A stretch of DNA of 64,000 bases, taken from the NCBI GenBank assembly GCA_951406725.2, contig OX597833.1, positions 25,792,001-25,856,000 of the forward strand, written 5' to 3'. Both the position numbers and the translations under genes were made by a program. This DNA comes from Octopus vulgaris (Eukaryota). Numbering within the stretch: the first letter of the stretch is position 1; each line of letters begins with the position of its first letter. This document shows positions 15,555 through 29,544 of the stretch, piece by piece. The notes beneath the pieces were generated by a model that was not told the origin of the DNA, did not search any database, and saw only the letters and a program-made list of their open reading frames with translations.

Positions 15555-15690
15555 ACATTGATTCTGATGGAGTTAATTCGTGCATTATCAAACGGTCTAA
15601 GGCAATTGGTTGGCGGTAAACAGTGAAGGTACCACGGTCTAATGTCTGAACTATATTCTGACGCTGTACAGATTCAATACCAGCTTGACG
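15555..15690 (-). CDS. PLEKHG7: PLEKHG7-like exon (PH), RQAGIESVQRQNIVQTLDRGTFTVYRQPIALDRLIMHELTPSESM
   Basis: ttttccttctctttacag|CGT ... ATG T|gtaagt; 136 nt, phase 0-1; motif VYRQPI.LDRL. Not in the ORF track. Confidence 0.93.
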
Positions 15691-16664
15691 CTGTAAAGAG
15701 AAGGAAAATATAAATCAGAAAACGTATCTTTCTATGGAAAAATCGATTTCATACCCAAACAGAACGATCTATAATCAGGAAGAAAACAATACAAATGTAT
15801 TATAGTTTATCTCACTTTGTAGTAGAGAACAACATACTCACATTGTGATAAAAACCTCTTGAACAACTTAATAAACACTTTGTGTTGATTCTAAATGTTA
15901 TAATTTATTTATTCTGATCAAAGTAAAGGCTAGCTAGAGCTGCATACGAAATGCTATACAGTCATAGCATATAACCAGAATCGTCGACATCAGAAGCCAC
16001 ACTTAACGATAATAATTGGAATTAATGCCCACTTTATAATGAATGGTTAACAATAAACAACGGTAACAAAGCATACTAAATCATATTTAAGGAAAATACA
16101 GTGAAAATCCATTGCTTAAAATCTCATTATTTCGTTCTGTGAGACGTAATACAATGAAAAACATCAGAACACAAGGCCGAAAATAATATAGCAATAAAAT
16201 GGTCTGCAAGGAGTCTACCAAAGCTTCGACTACAGCAGCCAAAAATGTGATATTTACTTGGCAGATAAATACATTTTGACACAAAATTATAAGCCACTTA
16301 ATGGAATTCAAAAATTTGTCTTATGGCTTCTGGCACGAAAAATGTTTTTCTGCATAATTTTAACTATACTCAGGCATAATAGCAAAACATTTAGAGAACA
16401 GTGTAAGACATTGTTACTGACATTTATGCGACGGAAACCAATTAAAGAATAATAAGTGTGAACAACACGTGAGCTGTAAATGCGCTCAGAACGAATAACT
16501 TTTTCAATTACTGCCATCCATATATAAACGCATTTGTGATATATATGTAAACAAAACGTATATGTATATCTGTGTGTGTATGTGTGCGTGCTCGCGCATA
16601 CTTACATACAGTCATAAATATATACATATTTATATTTATATCTAAATAGGTATTTATTCATTTA

Positions 16665-16720
<56 letters not shown>

Positions 16721-16764
16721 TATATTATATTTATATATATATATATTTAAATATTATATATTAT

Positions 16765-16860
<96 letters not shown>

Positions 16861-18476
16861 ATATATACATACATGCGTGTGTTTTTGTGTATGTATGCGT
16901 CTATGTATGTATAACATATGATATAGTCTACGTATATTTATACGCCTTATCTAGTGGACGAAAATGTTGAATCATGCTTACGCGGTCCAGCATAAAATCT
17001 CAAGTCGAAGTCATCTGATGCACACAGAATAAAATGGCCAATAACAAAAGTACTTTGGTATATGGCGGAAGTAACTTCAAAATACGATTTTGTAAAAACG
17101 AATCATCATTCAGTCACACTGACAAAACATGTCACAAATTTACCAAACCACTCATATCGAATAACTATCCGATATGAGATCAAAGTTGAACATAAATGGA
17201 TAAAAATATGCAACTTTTGAATAGCAGAAAAATATACTTGCTGCTGAAGCTGAAGAGCTATTTGAATTCCAAAATTCCAGAATTTAGATTTAATCAAGAT
17301 GTATTCATCAATAAAGATTTATCTTAACGAGTTAGAAAGTATCTCCCACACTGTGATCAGTGGCTTAGGGAACTGTATTCTCTTAGCCAAGCCTTCATTT
17401 GTATATTTAAATGTGTGCACAAATATGCTAAATGCACGTATCTAATGCACACATCTATACTTTGAAAACCTACAATTTGGAGTATCGAAACAACTCCCTA
17501 AAAGAAGGTGCTAATATTCTTAAATACTCCAACTATCCACAACTCATGCACCAATAATGTGTGTAAATACTCGAATCAGTTCAATACAACACTATATGCT
17601 TTCAAAATACTTTTTGCACTATTTGGGAAAATAGTTTTTATGTTGTAAAAGGTAACTCGCGTTTATTACACTGAGTTTAAACCCAAAGGAAGCATTCCTC
17701 TCTAGTGACACATTTTCTGCCAAAAATCTGGTGCTACTCTTATTAAGTAAAATCCTGAAGATTACCGTTTAAGATGACCAGGGCATAACTTAAGCTAAAC
17801 CAGACATCTTTCTCCTGACATGAAACTTACGAAATTTGTCGCAAACGATATAATGTTTATATAATGAAATGAAGATAATTTGAGGCAAATCGGCTGTTCT
17901 GTTTTGTTTTGTCACATTGTATGCCCGAGCAGAGGTATTTGAGTTGTGGTAATTCCAGTTAATATATTGTTAAATATTAAATAATCTCTATCCGGTTCAA
18001 CGATGAATATTGATTTGTTTGAGCAAGTAAATTATCTTTTCACTGAATTAACCTGCAAATATTCTACAGACATATTTCCCTTTCATGTAATTTTCTGGTA
18101 GAATCAGTATGAATCAATTTGTGACAAGATTGTAGTTTTGCATTTCAGGTACAGCTTATGTGGTGGGACTCTATGCTACATATTTCGATGTCCTTATTTC
18201 ATTCACAAAATTAGGGTTGATTGAAGGATAAGAAAAATGACATTTACACAGGTTTTCCATGCAATGGGATCGAATCTGGAACTTGTAGCTGTGAAGTGAA
18301 CCTCTTAATTATTCAGTTATTCTGCGTTTATATTGTTCAAAAGAGCTTTCACTTAAGGGTATGATATGTAAAAGACTTGCTTGCTTTCTTCAGCAGTTTT
18401 AAAGATATTTTCTAGTTGTCAGTTCTACAAAAGTGTTTCCAAATAAACCCTAAACATATATCTCTATCAACCCTTG

Positions 18477-18690
18477 TACGAGGGTGTGCTGAAAATTTCC
18501 TGGCTTAGGGTAAAAGAAAATATAAGAGAATCAGTTAATTATGGATTTATTCAACACATTCCCCTCTCACACACTTATTGCAGCCTTGTTTCAGTTTTTG
18601 TAAACCCTGTAAAAGAACTCGGAAGATTCGGGCTCCATCCAGGCATTTAGCAATAAGCCTTAAAGCTAGAAACTCTTCAGCACCCCTGTA
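18477..18690. mobile_element. Mariner-derived MITE
   Basis: Imperfect TIRs tacgagggtgtgctgaaaatttcctggctt / aagctagaaactcttcagcacccctgta with TA ends; a related TIR starts at about 21722. Confidence 0.75.
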
Positions 18691-18938
18691 CAGTTTTTGT
18701 AAATACATAAATTTAAAATGGAGCAGAAACGAACACAAAGAAAACGCAAAACTATTAAATCATTAGAAATCTATTACTTTTTTCAACTATTTTACATTTT
18801 TCTCTGCACATTATTTAATGTTTGCAAATAATGTTTACAAATTTTTGAGAGCATTTGATGAGAAGGACTACTTCAGATTTCAGCACATTAATAAGGTGTA
18901 GTTTTGTTGTCGAAATTATTTGCAATAGAAGTATCTAC

Positions 18939-19094
18939 CTTTTGACAAAATAACAGAGGAGGACGAAGGGAGGCATTTTTACGGTTAGACATATAAGTGT
19001 CCTCGCTTGATTCATCATTACAGTGATTTATTACGCTTGTCAATGCAGTCTTTGTTGTTAGCGACTGCTTTGCTCGAGAAATTGTTGCTAATGA
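18939..19094 (-). CDS. Candidate alternative cassette exon of the same gene (52 codons, SLATISRAKQ...PPLLFCQK)
   Basis: ttgttttttgaag|TCA ... AAG|gtagat; 156 nt, phase 0-0, stop-free in exactly the frame needed between flanking exons; no recognisable homology; both splice sites are weak. Confidence 0.4.
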
Positions 19095-19198
19095 CTTCAA
19101 AAAACAAATTCAAGACACAGACACCAATAATAACATATAGCATTTTGTCTCATTAGTGGAATTAGGTGCACAAAGATATAAATCAAGCAATTATACCA

Positions 19199-19243
<45 letters not shown>

Positions 19244-19376
19244 TTTATGCATATATATTGCTAGATAGGTGGGTAGATAGTGGGTAGATAGTGAGAGAAA
19301 GAGAGATAGACAGCTAGACAGACACACAGAATGTATCACAACTGAAGCCAAGAATTTCTAAAGGTGAATAACATAC

Positions 19377-19465
19377 CTGGTGTTTCCTTGGAGATTTCTT
19401 ATACTTTGTAATAATTAGAATATCATCAAATAGAAAGAGATAAGCATCAAGTGTTTTGGTTGTTT
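19377..19465 (-). CDS. PLEKHG7: PLEKHG7-like exon (PH), (E)TTKTLDAYLFLFDDILIITKYKKSPRKHQ
   Basis: tttccttccag|AA ... CAG|gtatgt; 89 nt, phase 1-0; RhoGEF-PH motif YLFLFDD.L.ITK. Confidence 0.94.
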
Positions 19466-19923
19466 CTGGAAGGAAATGTAAGAAAAATAAAGAATAATTG
19501 CAGAGTGTTATAATGGATTGCAAATATAACCTCAAGCTCTTCTTTATAACATCAATCATAATTAATGGCTCCGGGAGCCACATGTGGCAACAAGAAATAC
19601 TTGAATAAAATTATATGCACTGATTTATATTTCATTTATATTTCTAGCGTAAAATGTTTGTGTGCATGACAGCAAAAATGAATAGACACACACACATACA
19701 CATATATATAAAACAAAGCTATTTTATTCTACACAGGTAGAAATATAGCAAAAACAAAACAAATAGAAAATGCACTTTTAAAGAGAACCGTTTTCACAGA
19801 TATTTCTTAAAAATTAGAAAATAATTTGAACGACACCTAGTCCATTTTTAATTTCTTTTATACATACATAGATACATATATAGATACATATATAGCTATC
19901 CTGTCTATATATGGATATATATA

Positions 19924-20046
<123 letters not shown>

Positions 20047-20325
20047 GTATATACATATATACAGTAGTGGACTGGTCAGGTTCCAAGCTTGCCCGATAGC
20101 AAGATGGGAGCCCATGTAATTATCTAAGGGGTTTATCCCCTCAGGTTTGAGATTTTTCATTCACTCCTGGAAGAATGCATTAATCATTTCATCCTCGCTG
20201 TGTTTGTAGAGAGTTGAAAAGAATAATTTTAACGAAAAGAAAAACAAAAATCAATTAAATGACAGCACTGTAGTTGCGATTAGGCCCCGTGTAGTAGCAG
20301 GTGGGGCCAAGAGAGAGATAGAGAG

Positions 20326-20369
<44 letters not shown>

Positions 20370-20485
20370 AGATAGCGGAGAACCCATAGAATATGCTACT
20401 CAGGGCGAATACTGCCGTAATACAAGCTTATTCACAGTGTCTATACATTAATTATCCTATACAAATTGCTATTTTAATACTTTCT

Positions 20486-20531
<46 letters not shown>

Positions 20532-22222
20532 TTGTGTGTGCGTGTTTGTGTGTGCGTGTGTGTGTGTGTGTGTTTATGTGTGTGTCTGTGATTGTGTGTA
20601 TGTGTGCATGTTTGTGTATGTGTAAGTATATATGCGTATGTGTGTGTGGGTGTGTGCGTGCGTGTATGAATGCACATGTATAAGTAAACATTATCAATAT
20701 TACATAATGTGTCACTAAATGCTTCACAGCTGCAGTATTTCGACTTAGATCCCTTTAAAGATGTCCTAAAATACACCATACTTCAAAGTTTGCTGGAAGG
20801 AATATTGCCCCGGAAGTGAATGAAAACGTGAGATACCGATATATCGTTGTTATTTCCGCTCATCAGTATCAAATACTCCTCTCCCGAAACAAATAGCAAC
20901 GTTTATCATTATACTCTTGAACTAAAATAAATTTAATAAATTAATACAAAATAAACTGAATACTTTTATTTTAATGTTTGGGTAAAACTGGACGGCAGGA
21001 TCCCATCCCCATTGATCTGTTTACAACAGCTACAAATATTGGAAGAAATCGAAGATCTAATCGAAGTTGTAATTACATTCATTAGTGACCACTTCCGTTC
21101 TGTAATCTATTCATTATCACATTCCAGCGTTGTTTAAATAATTTCATACTGACAGTGATTCATTTTCTTGGAAATGATGCAACACACTATCAAATGTATT
21201 ACTACAGGATATTTATGCAAAGCAAATTAGTTTTGCTACAGTAGTGTTGTAACTGCGACGTTATAACGAAGGTAAACGCTTAGCAATATTGTGACAAACT
21301 CATATTTCCCACTGGTGTATGTATTTATTTGTATTATTCTTAATAATTGGTCTTAATTACAACTTCACTTCTAGTAATGGAACTATTTACAGACGGAAGC
21401 TATTCTATAATGAATGCATTTCGATTTTCAATTATTTCATCGATATAGGCTGATCAAAGTAAGAACATATATGGCAAAGTAATCGTCTACTACTGCTAAT
21501 GTTTTCATTTCCCCTTGATATACATATCGAACCAGGTCAAGGTGTTCTAATAATGATAATCTGACATTTAGATTCATATTAACCCATGTGCATATTACAA
21601 TCGGTTACCTGTTTTATGAGACTGTATACATACTTTGCTAACAGATATATATTTCTCCATTTATAAATGTTTCTATATGAGCATTTGCATATATGCAAAT
21701 ATATATATGTATATATATACACGCGAGGGGTTACAGAAAGATTCCTGGCTTTATGGGTATTGCGCAAGGCCTGGTTGGAGATCCAAAACTTCAGAGTTCA
21801 TTGAGAGGCCTTAGTCAAACTGAAGGACAGCTGCGAGATGTGTATGTATTTGACGGTGTGACCGTCCAGATGAATATGATTTGCAAATTATATTCATCTG
21901 GACTGTCATACCGGTGATCTACGGACATTTATGTAAGTAATATTACGTAATATATAAATAGTGAAACATGTATGCGAATAAACCATATTATTATTGCTTT
22001 TTCTTTTGTCTTGCTCGATTACGTTTTTCTTGAGAACATTTCTTAGTGGTTAGACCATAGCGGATCTATTTCTAGCATAAGGGTGTCCGCATAGTGGTTT
22101 CCCTCTAATATGTATATAATACAATTTTATTGAACCTTCAGTTTTTTTTTATATGCTAGACCACTGGTGTGAAATCGATGTTAATTAAATTAATATCTAA
22201 TTTCTCACCCTCATTTTAAATT

Positions 22223-22306
<84 letters not shown>

Positions 22307-22463
22307 TGTAAATATTTACACATATCTACTATATAATTTTCTCTTTAGAATCAATCTCCAAAGCTGAAAATATAGAAACCAGAACATTTTTCTAAAAAGA
22401 AAGCAACAGTTCAGTTCATGCAGTGGGAAGATTTCTTCAGCATTCCGGAATACATATCTCAAC

Positions 22464-22518
<55 letters not shown>

Positions 22519-22722
22519 TGAAGTAGACAAATGAATTATCTAATACGGATAATTCAAATGATAACCGATACCTGGGTAGCAAAAATCACAACAGAAAAAG
22601 CACGGTTGAAGTTACGACCATGGGGCATAAAATCCGTGCCTTAGTGGGAAATTTGAAGTTTTATATATTAAGTGTAGGAAGAAGTGGAGCTGAACGAAGA
22701 TTTAACAAAATTCCTTTTTATT

Positions 22723-22808
22723 ATTTTCTACATATGTTTCGAAGGCTGCAAAGTCCCTAATTCGGATTGAATAAGGAGTTCATTTTGCAGCCTTCTCTTC
22801 AGGAAAAT
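22723..22808 (-). ncRNA. Type-I hammerhead ribozyme (intact core), sense to host pre-mRNA
   Basis: Exact reverse complement of 22963-23048. Confidence 0.85.
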
Positions 22809-22962
22809 GCAGGAACTTAATTCTCCAACAAAATGCACAGCAAGCTTTTCGACAAACGCTCACGAGGAGCCCATGAACTAAATGACCACTTATTTCATGG
22901 GCTCCTCGTGAGCGTTTGTCGAAAAGCTTGCTGTGCATTTTGTTGGAGAATTAAGTTCCTGG

Positions 22963-23048
22963 ATTTTCCTGAAGAGAAGGCTGCAAAATGAACTCCTTAT
23001 TCAATCCGAATTAGGGACTTTGCAGCCTTCGAAACATATGTAGAAAAT
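22963..23048 (+). ncRNA. Type-I hammerhead ribozyme (intact core)
   Basis: attttc-CTGAAGA-GAAGGCTGCAAA..TTTGCAGCCTTC-GAAA-CATATG-TA-gaaaat: 6-bp stem I, 12-bp stem II closed by G-C, palindromic stem III ACATATGT; predicted cut after A23042. Confidence 0.85.
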
Positions 23049-23099
23049 AATAAAAAGGAATTTTGTTAAATCTTCGTTCAGCTCCATTTCTTCCTACAC

Positions 23100-23143
<44 letters not shown>

Positions 23144-23153
23144 CATATATATA

Positions 23154-23233
<80 letters not shown>

Positions 23234-23604
23234 TACACATATATGACCTGCTTTTTTTAAGTTTTATCCCTCTAGCCACTTTTCACTTGGTTATCTCTCC
23301 AACTACGGAGGCTTCTGTCTGCTAACGCCATCTCCGTAATAGCACAAATATTTATAAGAAAGACAGTGATTATCTTTCATTCTTCAACCCCCACCTCACT
23401 CTGTCTGTCTCTGTTTCTGTCTCTTTCTCTGAGAAAATCTCAGGCCTGAAACATTATTAATTTCTCTTTCCGTGGCACCAATTTTCATGCGAAATTGCAA
23501 TCTTCATTAAATTTTATTATATAAAATTGATGTCACAGTTACCAAGAACATCCTGAAACATTTTTTGTTAATTATAGTATACAGATTAGTCATATTGTAA
23601 ATAC

Positions 23605-23698
23605 CGATGAGCGATAATTGTCCTTCATGGATGAGTTGCCTCTTGGGACATGTCAGCAGCTTCTCACAGGGTTGTTTCTGTAACATGTGTTTCATGAA
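23605..23698 (-). CDS. PLEKHG7: PLEKHG7-like exon (start of PH), FMKHMLQKQPCEKLLTCPKRQLIHEGQLSLI
   Basis: ttgcttctttcag|TTC ... ATC G|gtattt; 94 nt, phase 0-1; PH beta1 motif R.LIHEG.L. Confidence 0.92.
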
Positions 23699-23942
23699 CT
23701 GAAAGAAGCAAACAAAAGCAACAATTAAAAAAGTTATACAATTAACTGCGTATATAAATGTGAATTATTTGTTTGAGCGTCCACCTTGTATTTAGAAACT
23801 AAAACACAAATGGATAATTCCTTCCTAGTTTCCAGAAAATGGCGGATTCAAAACTTACAGGTGTTAGATTTAAAGTTTCTGAGACCACGTATACTATAAT
23901 TCATATGAATATAAATAAGTTTATAGCTTCAAAAACATATGA

Positions 23943-24470
<528 letters not shown>

Positions 24471-26269
24471 TATCATATAAAAAATAATTCTTTGTGAGAA
24501 GAAATGATAAAAAGTAAAACCAAAATCTCCCAAAAACTTCATTGTATTCTCTGATAAGAAAGGAAATGAAAAAGATATCAAGCTGATTTGTGTAGTGGTC
24601 ACAACATATGGAACAGTGAAGATTGGAAAAGAGCAGCAGCAGCGGGAAAAGGGATAAACACAGAAAGTTATACAGGAGAGCTAATGTAGTAAAAGGAAAT
24701 GGTAAGATATATATATATGACGTTAACCACTTTGCTTTCAGTTCTTCCTTAAACACTCTTTAATTTTTCTATCTCTCTCTCTCATTGTGTTTCTCATGAG
24801 TGAATTGCAATAAAGAGGCATAGAGAATGAGAATCACACATGATAAAAGAATCTTGGATAAAGAAGGAGGGAGCATGGTGTCGATAGTGCAATGACTAAT
24901 TAATATATGCAGTCACATAAAGAGTTCATTATATAAAAATAATCTTCTTAAGTGATCACCTAATACAATTTACAGGGGATACGAATAATTTATTACTGTG
25001 TTTTTCTCTCTCAGTTTAATTTAAATCCAATCAAGGAAATTATGGATTTGCATTTACTGAAATATAAAGGACTAAACAGGCGTATATTAACACAATATTA
25101 ATTTCTAAATTACTAACGGCGTGTTTAGAAGGATTACAAAAACGAATTCATTAATCTTGTAGTTTATAATTCGTGCTGAAATCTCAAAATTACCGAATAG
25201 TGTTACTTCGAAAAACTAAAAAAAACTAACAGGGCATCATCAGGTAATATGCTGGTATGTATGTATGTATGTATGTATGTATTATGTATGTATGTATGTA
25301 TGTATGTATGTATGTATCAATCTATCTATCTTTATTTATTTATTTGTTATTTACATACATAAATATACATAAATGAGTTAATATATTTACATTTGCACAT
25401 TAAACAAATATACATTTATAAATGCACCTATAGATGACCCTGTTCCAATACTAAATCGGGGTCTACTTACACAGTAATGATAATATTTTTATTAAACGTG
25501 CAAATGTATTTTTTTCTTTTTTGTAACATCTCCACAAACACGTTGTATCGATACTTTAGTTAATCTAATACACATAAGATCGCGGGTCGTAAATCAACGT
25601 AACGCAGTTCTGCAACGAGTTTTTCTTTTCCCTCCGCCACTCCACCGGTTCCGTTACTGAACATCCTGGCATCAATAAAAGTGTAACTTAAGCCTTCCAA
25701 GATAGGGTGTATGAAAGATGAGAAAGGATATTTCCTCACATTGCTATTTAATATTCGACATAGATCGACAAAGATGATAAAATGATGTCAAGGACTTCAG
25801 AAATTCCAATAATTCTTTTCATAACTGAATTATTTCGAAACACAATGTGTGACAATGATTTTATTCTCAACTGATCTAATCTCATAGCATCGACACTTCT
25901 TAAACAGGACTAACAAAGGATTAATTACCAGAATAAACAGATATGATAGAAAGTCGATCATCTGGAATATTCACGTTGATTATCTGATTCTGTTTGTGAC
26001 TTGTATGGTTGTTTCAGTTGTGAGTGACAATTGTGTACACATTATTTTAATTAGCCTTTCAATAATATTGAACACTTCGGAAGTTGGAAACGTGTTCTTA
26101 CACTAAAATACCAAAGAACGGTCAATATCAACACATTCTTACTGTCTGAATACAAAATTTATATATAAAAAAAAAATAGGAATATGTATTTTATTTAGCT
26201 CTAAAATCATAGTTTCCTCAGGCAGGTTACAATTTTCTCCAAACATCATTATATATATATATATATAAT

Positions 26270-27243
26270 CAAAATAAGCAGCAAGAATGACTCCGGTAAT
26301 TTGGTACAATTGTTTCGCACTACATCATTTTATTAAAAGTTGTAAGTATTACAACAGATTTAAGATGCTGAGTGCTCATCAGCCAATTAAATATGTTTTC
26401 CATTAACATAAAAGCTTTCAAATCAAGTAGCAACATTGTAGAGAAGGTAGATATGCAGACAATGATGTAGATTTAAATTTTAAGAACATATGAGGTAGTG
26501 AAGTCCAACCACTGACTGACCAAGCTATAGCTGTTTTTAACTGCTATAAGGTTAGAAGTAATAAAGATTTTTTAGTTGTAGGAATGGGGTAAAGGAGGTT
26601 TCAGAATACTGTAAAAAGAATTTCAAGTTGAAGACAGTAATTGCAACAAAATGCCAATTACTGCTATTTGGTGAGAAACTGGGTCAATGTCAAATGGTCA
26701 TTAATTCCCTTTACAGAGAGTAGAGAAAAACCTATTACTCATTATTATGAGTAGGCATAGTATTTTATAACTGGGGAAATCTTTATTAGTTTTAAAACTA
26801 GATTAGATTTAGAAAAAATTCCAAGTTCAAGTTTACAGCGAAGTTTTCTTAGTCATCTATGAAAGTTAAATTGAAAGCTAGTATAGTATATTTCTTAATA
26901 TTATTTTAATAAAAAGTTAAAATTTGAAAAATATAGGAATACTCGCAATTTTTATGTAAAATATTTAAACGTTCGGATTGTGGAATGTATACAAGATGCT
27001 CCCAACTCCAGACGATTATTTAACAGATTTATATTACTCTGATGTTTTAAAATTTCATAAGTTTCCATAGAACAAAGTTGACAACCTTCCCTACTATTTC
27101 TATAAGGTTTCGCCCTTCTAACTATATCCCATTTTAGGTTGAATCCTATATTGTTTGTTTTAGTTCCCAAATTTTGCTAGATAGTGTTGTGCAACCTGCC
27201 TTATGTTTTAGTCTAAAAGAGGAAAAATGATTGTTAAAATGTC
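26270..27243 (-). mobile_element. Penelope-like element 3' fragment (GIY-YIG endonuclease C-terminus and 3' region)
   Basis: RHFNNHFSSFR...TTLSSKIWELKQ, then a frameshift to LKWDIVRRAKPY...CQLCSME.YEI...LLNNRLEL...CIH; hammerhead at its 3' end. Confidence 0.85.
26301..26386 (-). ncRNA. Type-I hammerhead ribozyme (intact core)
   Basis: Minus strand ttgg-CTGATGA-gcact...agtgc-GAAA-caattg-TA-ccaa; palindromic stem III ACAATTGT; predicted cut between 26305 and 26304. Confidence 0.8.
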
Positions 27244-27317
<74 letters not shown>

Positions 27318-27347
27318 TATGTTTGTGTGTGTGTGTGCGTGTGTGTG

Positions 27348-27682
27348 TGGAGGCGCATGGATCAGTGGTTAGAGCCTTGAGCTTACGATCGTGAGGTTGT
27401 GAGTACGAATCCCGGACCAGGCTGCGTGTTGTGTTCTTGAGCAAGACACTTTATTTCACGTTGGTCCAGTTCACTCAGCTGTAGAAATGAGTTGCAACGT
27501 CACAGCTGCCAGGCTGTATCGGCCTTTGCCTTTCCCTTGGATAACACAGGTGGCTTGGAGAGGGGAGGCCGGTATGCATGGGTGACTGTTGGTCTTCCAT
27601 AAACAACCTTGCCCGGACTTGTGCCTGGGAAGGTTACATTCTAGGTGCAATCCCATGGTCAGTCATGACCGAAGGGGGTCTC
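27348..27682 (+). mobile_element. tRNA-derived SINE, head B plus tail W
   Basis: tggaggcgcatggatcagtggtt head and central ttcttgagcaagacactttatttcacgttg..ccagttcactcagctg, shared with 32760-32902 and 58890-59040. Confidence 0.82.
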
Positions 27683-27691
27683 AGATCTATA

Positions 27692-27780
<89 letters not shown>

Positions 27781-27870
27781 GTCTATCTATCAATCTGTCT
27801 GACTGTCTGTGTGCGTCTGCCAGTCTATCCACCTATCTATGTATCTTAACTATTTTATCATCATACTTAC

Positions 27871-27986
27871 ATCCGGGATATACACACGGGGATCAATCTC
27901 TTGTATGGTTGGCCATATTAGCTGTTGGTGGATCTCCCTAACTCGTTCATAGTTTTTCAGCCACTTCATTTTGTCTTCGAGTTCAT
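27871..27986 (-). CDS. PLEKHG7: PLEKHG7-like exon (DH-PH linker), (Y)ELEDKMKWLKNYERVREIHQQLIWPTIQEIDPRVYIPD
   Basis: tttctactttcag|AT ... GAT|gtaagt; 116 nt, phase 1-0; resembles PLEKHG7 LEGKVKWL..F....Q..I.WP....D.R..IP. Not in the ORF track. Confidence 0.94.
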
Positions 27987-28515
27987 CTGAAAGTAGAAAT
28001 TGAAAGAAATTGAAGCTATTAGTCACCTTGGTTACTTTATATATTTATGTAGAATATTTCAATTCCTCATCTAAGTAGAAAGTTGACACATCTAGACTTT
28101 TGAAAGCATCACATGACCCTGTTGGCAATTTGAGCCTCAGTTTGATTTCGGAATTCCGGAATTCAATTAGCGTAACCATATAATTAACCGTGTTATAGGG
28201 TGGACAAAGACACACAAACACACACAACCACACATATATTTATACATACCAGACATGAAATATTGGAAGAGAGAGCTATTCAATGAGTCCAGAACGTAAC
28301 ATCGACCCCGAAAGGATTAAAGGCAAAGTCAACCGCGGTGGAATTTGAAATAAAGGCGGACGAAATGCAGCTAAGCATTTTGGCCAGCGTGCTAACGATT
28401 CTGCTAGCTCACCGACGTAACAACAACAACAGCAGCAACAACAACAACAACAACAACAACAACGACGACGACAACGACAACAACAACAACGACAACGATA
28501 ACAACAATAATAATG

Positions 28516-28557
<42 letters not shown>

Positions 28558-28587
28558 TTAATAATAATAATAATAATGATAATAATC

Positions 28588-29210
28588 AGGCTTGTGTAGG
28601 ATGGAAGACTGCAAAGATAAAGCAGTGTACAAGCACTTGAGATTGAATGAATACTGGAAATAGATGGATAAAGAAAAGAATGCGTGGACAATTTCTTTGG
28701 GCGTTTGAAGATGAGACAGACAGAAAAAAGATGGCTCTAGATTACTAAAAGTGATTTAAAACCGCAAATGGTGGCTCTAACCTGTGCTGCCTAAGAGCAA
28801 GCATTAAGAACCAATTACATCAAATACAGAATAGACAACACATCAGAAAGTAATAAGTGCAGAATTTGCGGAAAAAATGGTGAAACCCTATGGCATATTA
28901 CCAGTCAATGTACGCTATTAGCTCAGGAAGAATATAAGAGACATCATGACAATTTTGCAACAAGTATGCACTTGACAGAGCAAAAGTGTGGTACGAACAT
29001 AAACCCAACGGCATCATCGAAAATGATAATGCAAAGATCCTATGGGATTTTATGATTCAGTGCGACCATGAGATAGAGAATAGGAAATCAGACTTAGTGT
29101 TAATTGAGAAAGAAAGCAAACGATGCTGGATCATATATATAGCATGCCCAGCTGACAACAAGGTATACGATAAGGAAGAAAGAAAAGTCGATAGATATGA
29201 CAGGTTAGCT
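28588..29210 (+). mobile_element. Dong/R4-clade non-LTR retrotransposon fragment (zinc knuckle and RLE endonuclease)
   Basis: EQALRTNYIK..CRICGKNGETLWHITSQC..EYKRHHDN; WYEHKP..ENDNAKILWDF.IQCDHEIENRKSDLVLI..IACP; begins directly after an (AAT)n tract. Confidence 0.9.
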
Positions 29211-29544
29211 TGTATATACTTGTGTGTATCACACTTACTTCAAAGAAGTGAGTGGCAAAGCGAGAGAGAAGAGGACAGAGAGGAAGAAAGAGTGAGAGAG
29301 AGAGTGAGAGAGAAAGAGGGAGTGGGTGACAGAGACTGTGAGTGGTGACGGTGTTCGTTTTATCTTCTTAAATGTTTATCACATCGCAAGAAGAGTAGAT
29401 ATATAGATGTATCCACACATTGTTCAATTAAAAGCGGGAGAGATGAGGGACAAAGAGGAAGTGAAAGAGAGAAAGTGAGAGAGACATTAGATACATAGAT
29501 CCAAAGAAAAGTTGATACACAGATAAATATACACAGCAAGAACA

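Larger units (their letters stand above)
22662..23109. repeat. Near-perfect long inverted repeat (216-bp arms, 16-bp spacer), probably a Penelope-type fold-back terminal repeat
   Basis: Arms 22662-22877 and 22894-23109 compared block by block: 214/216 complementary. The element lies between (TA)n tracts. Confidence 0.97.

Noticed and set aside
16982-17014. 33-nt AG..GTAAG-bounded micro-exon candidate on the minus strand
   Set aside because: It lies in a phase-0 intron, where it reads ATG ACT TCG ACT TGA (stop); no support other than the splice motifs.
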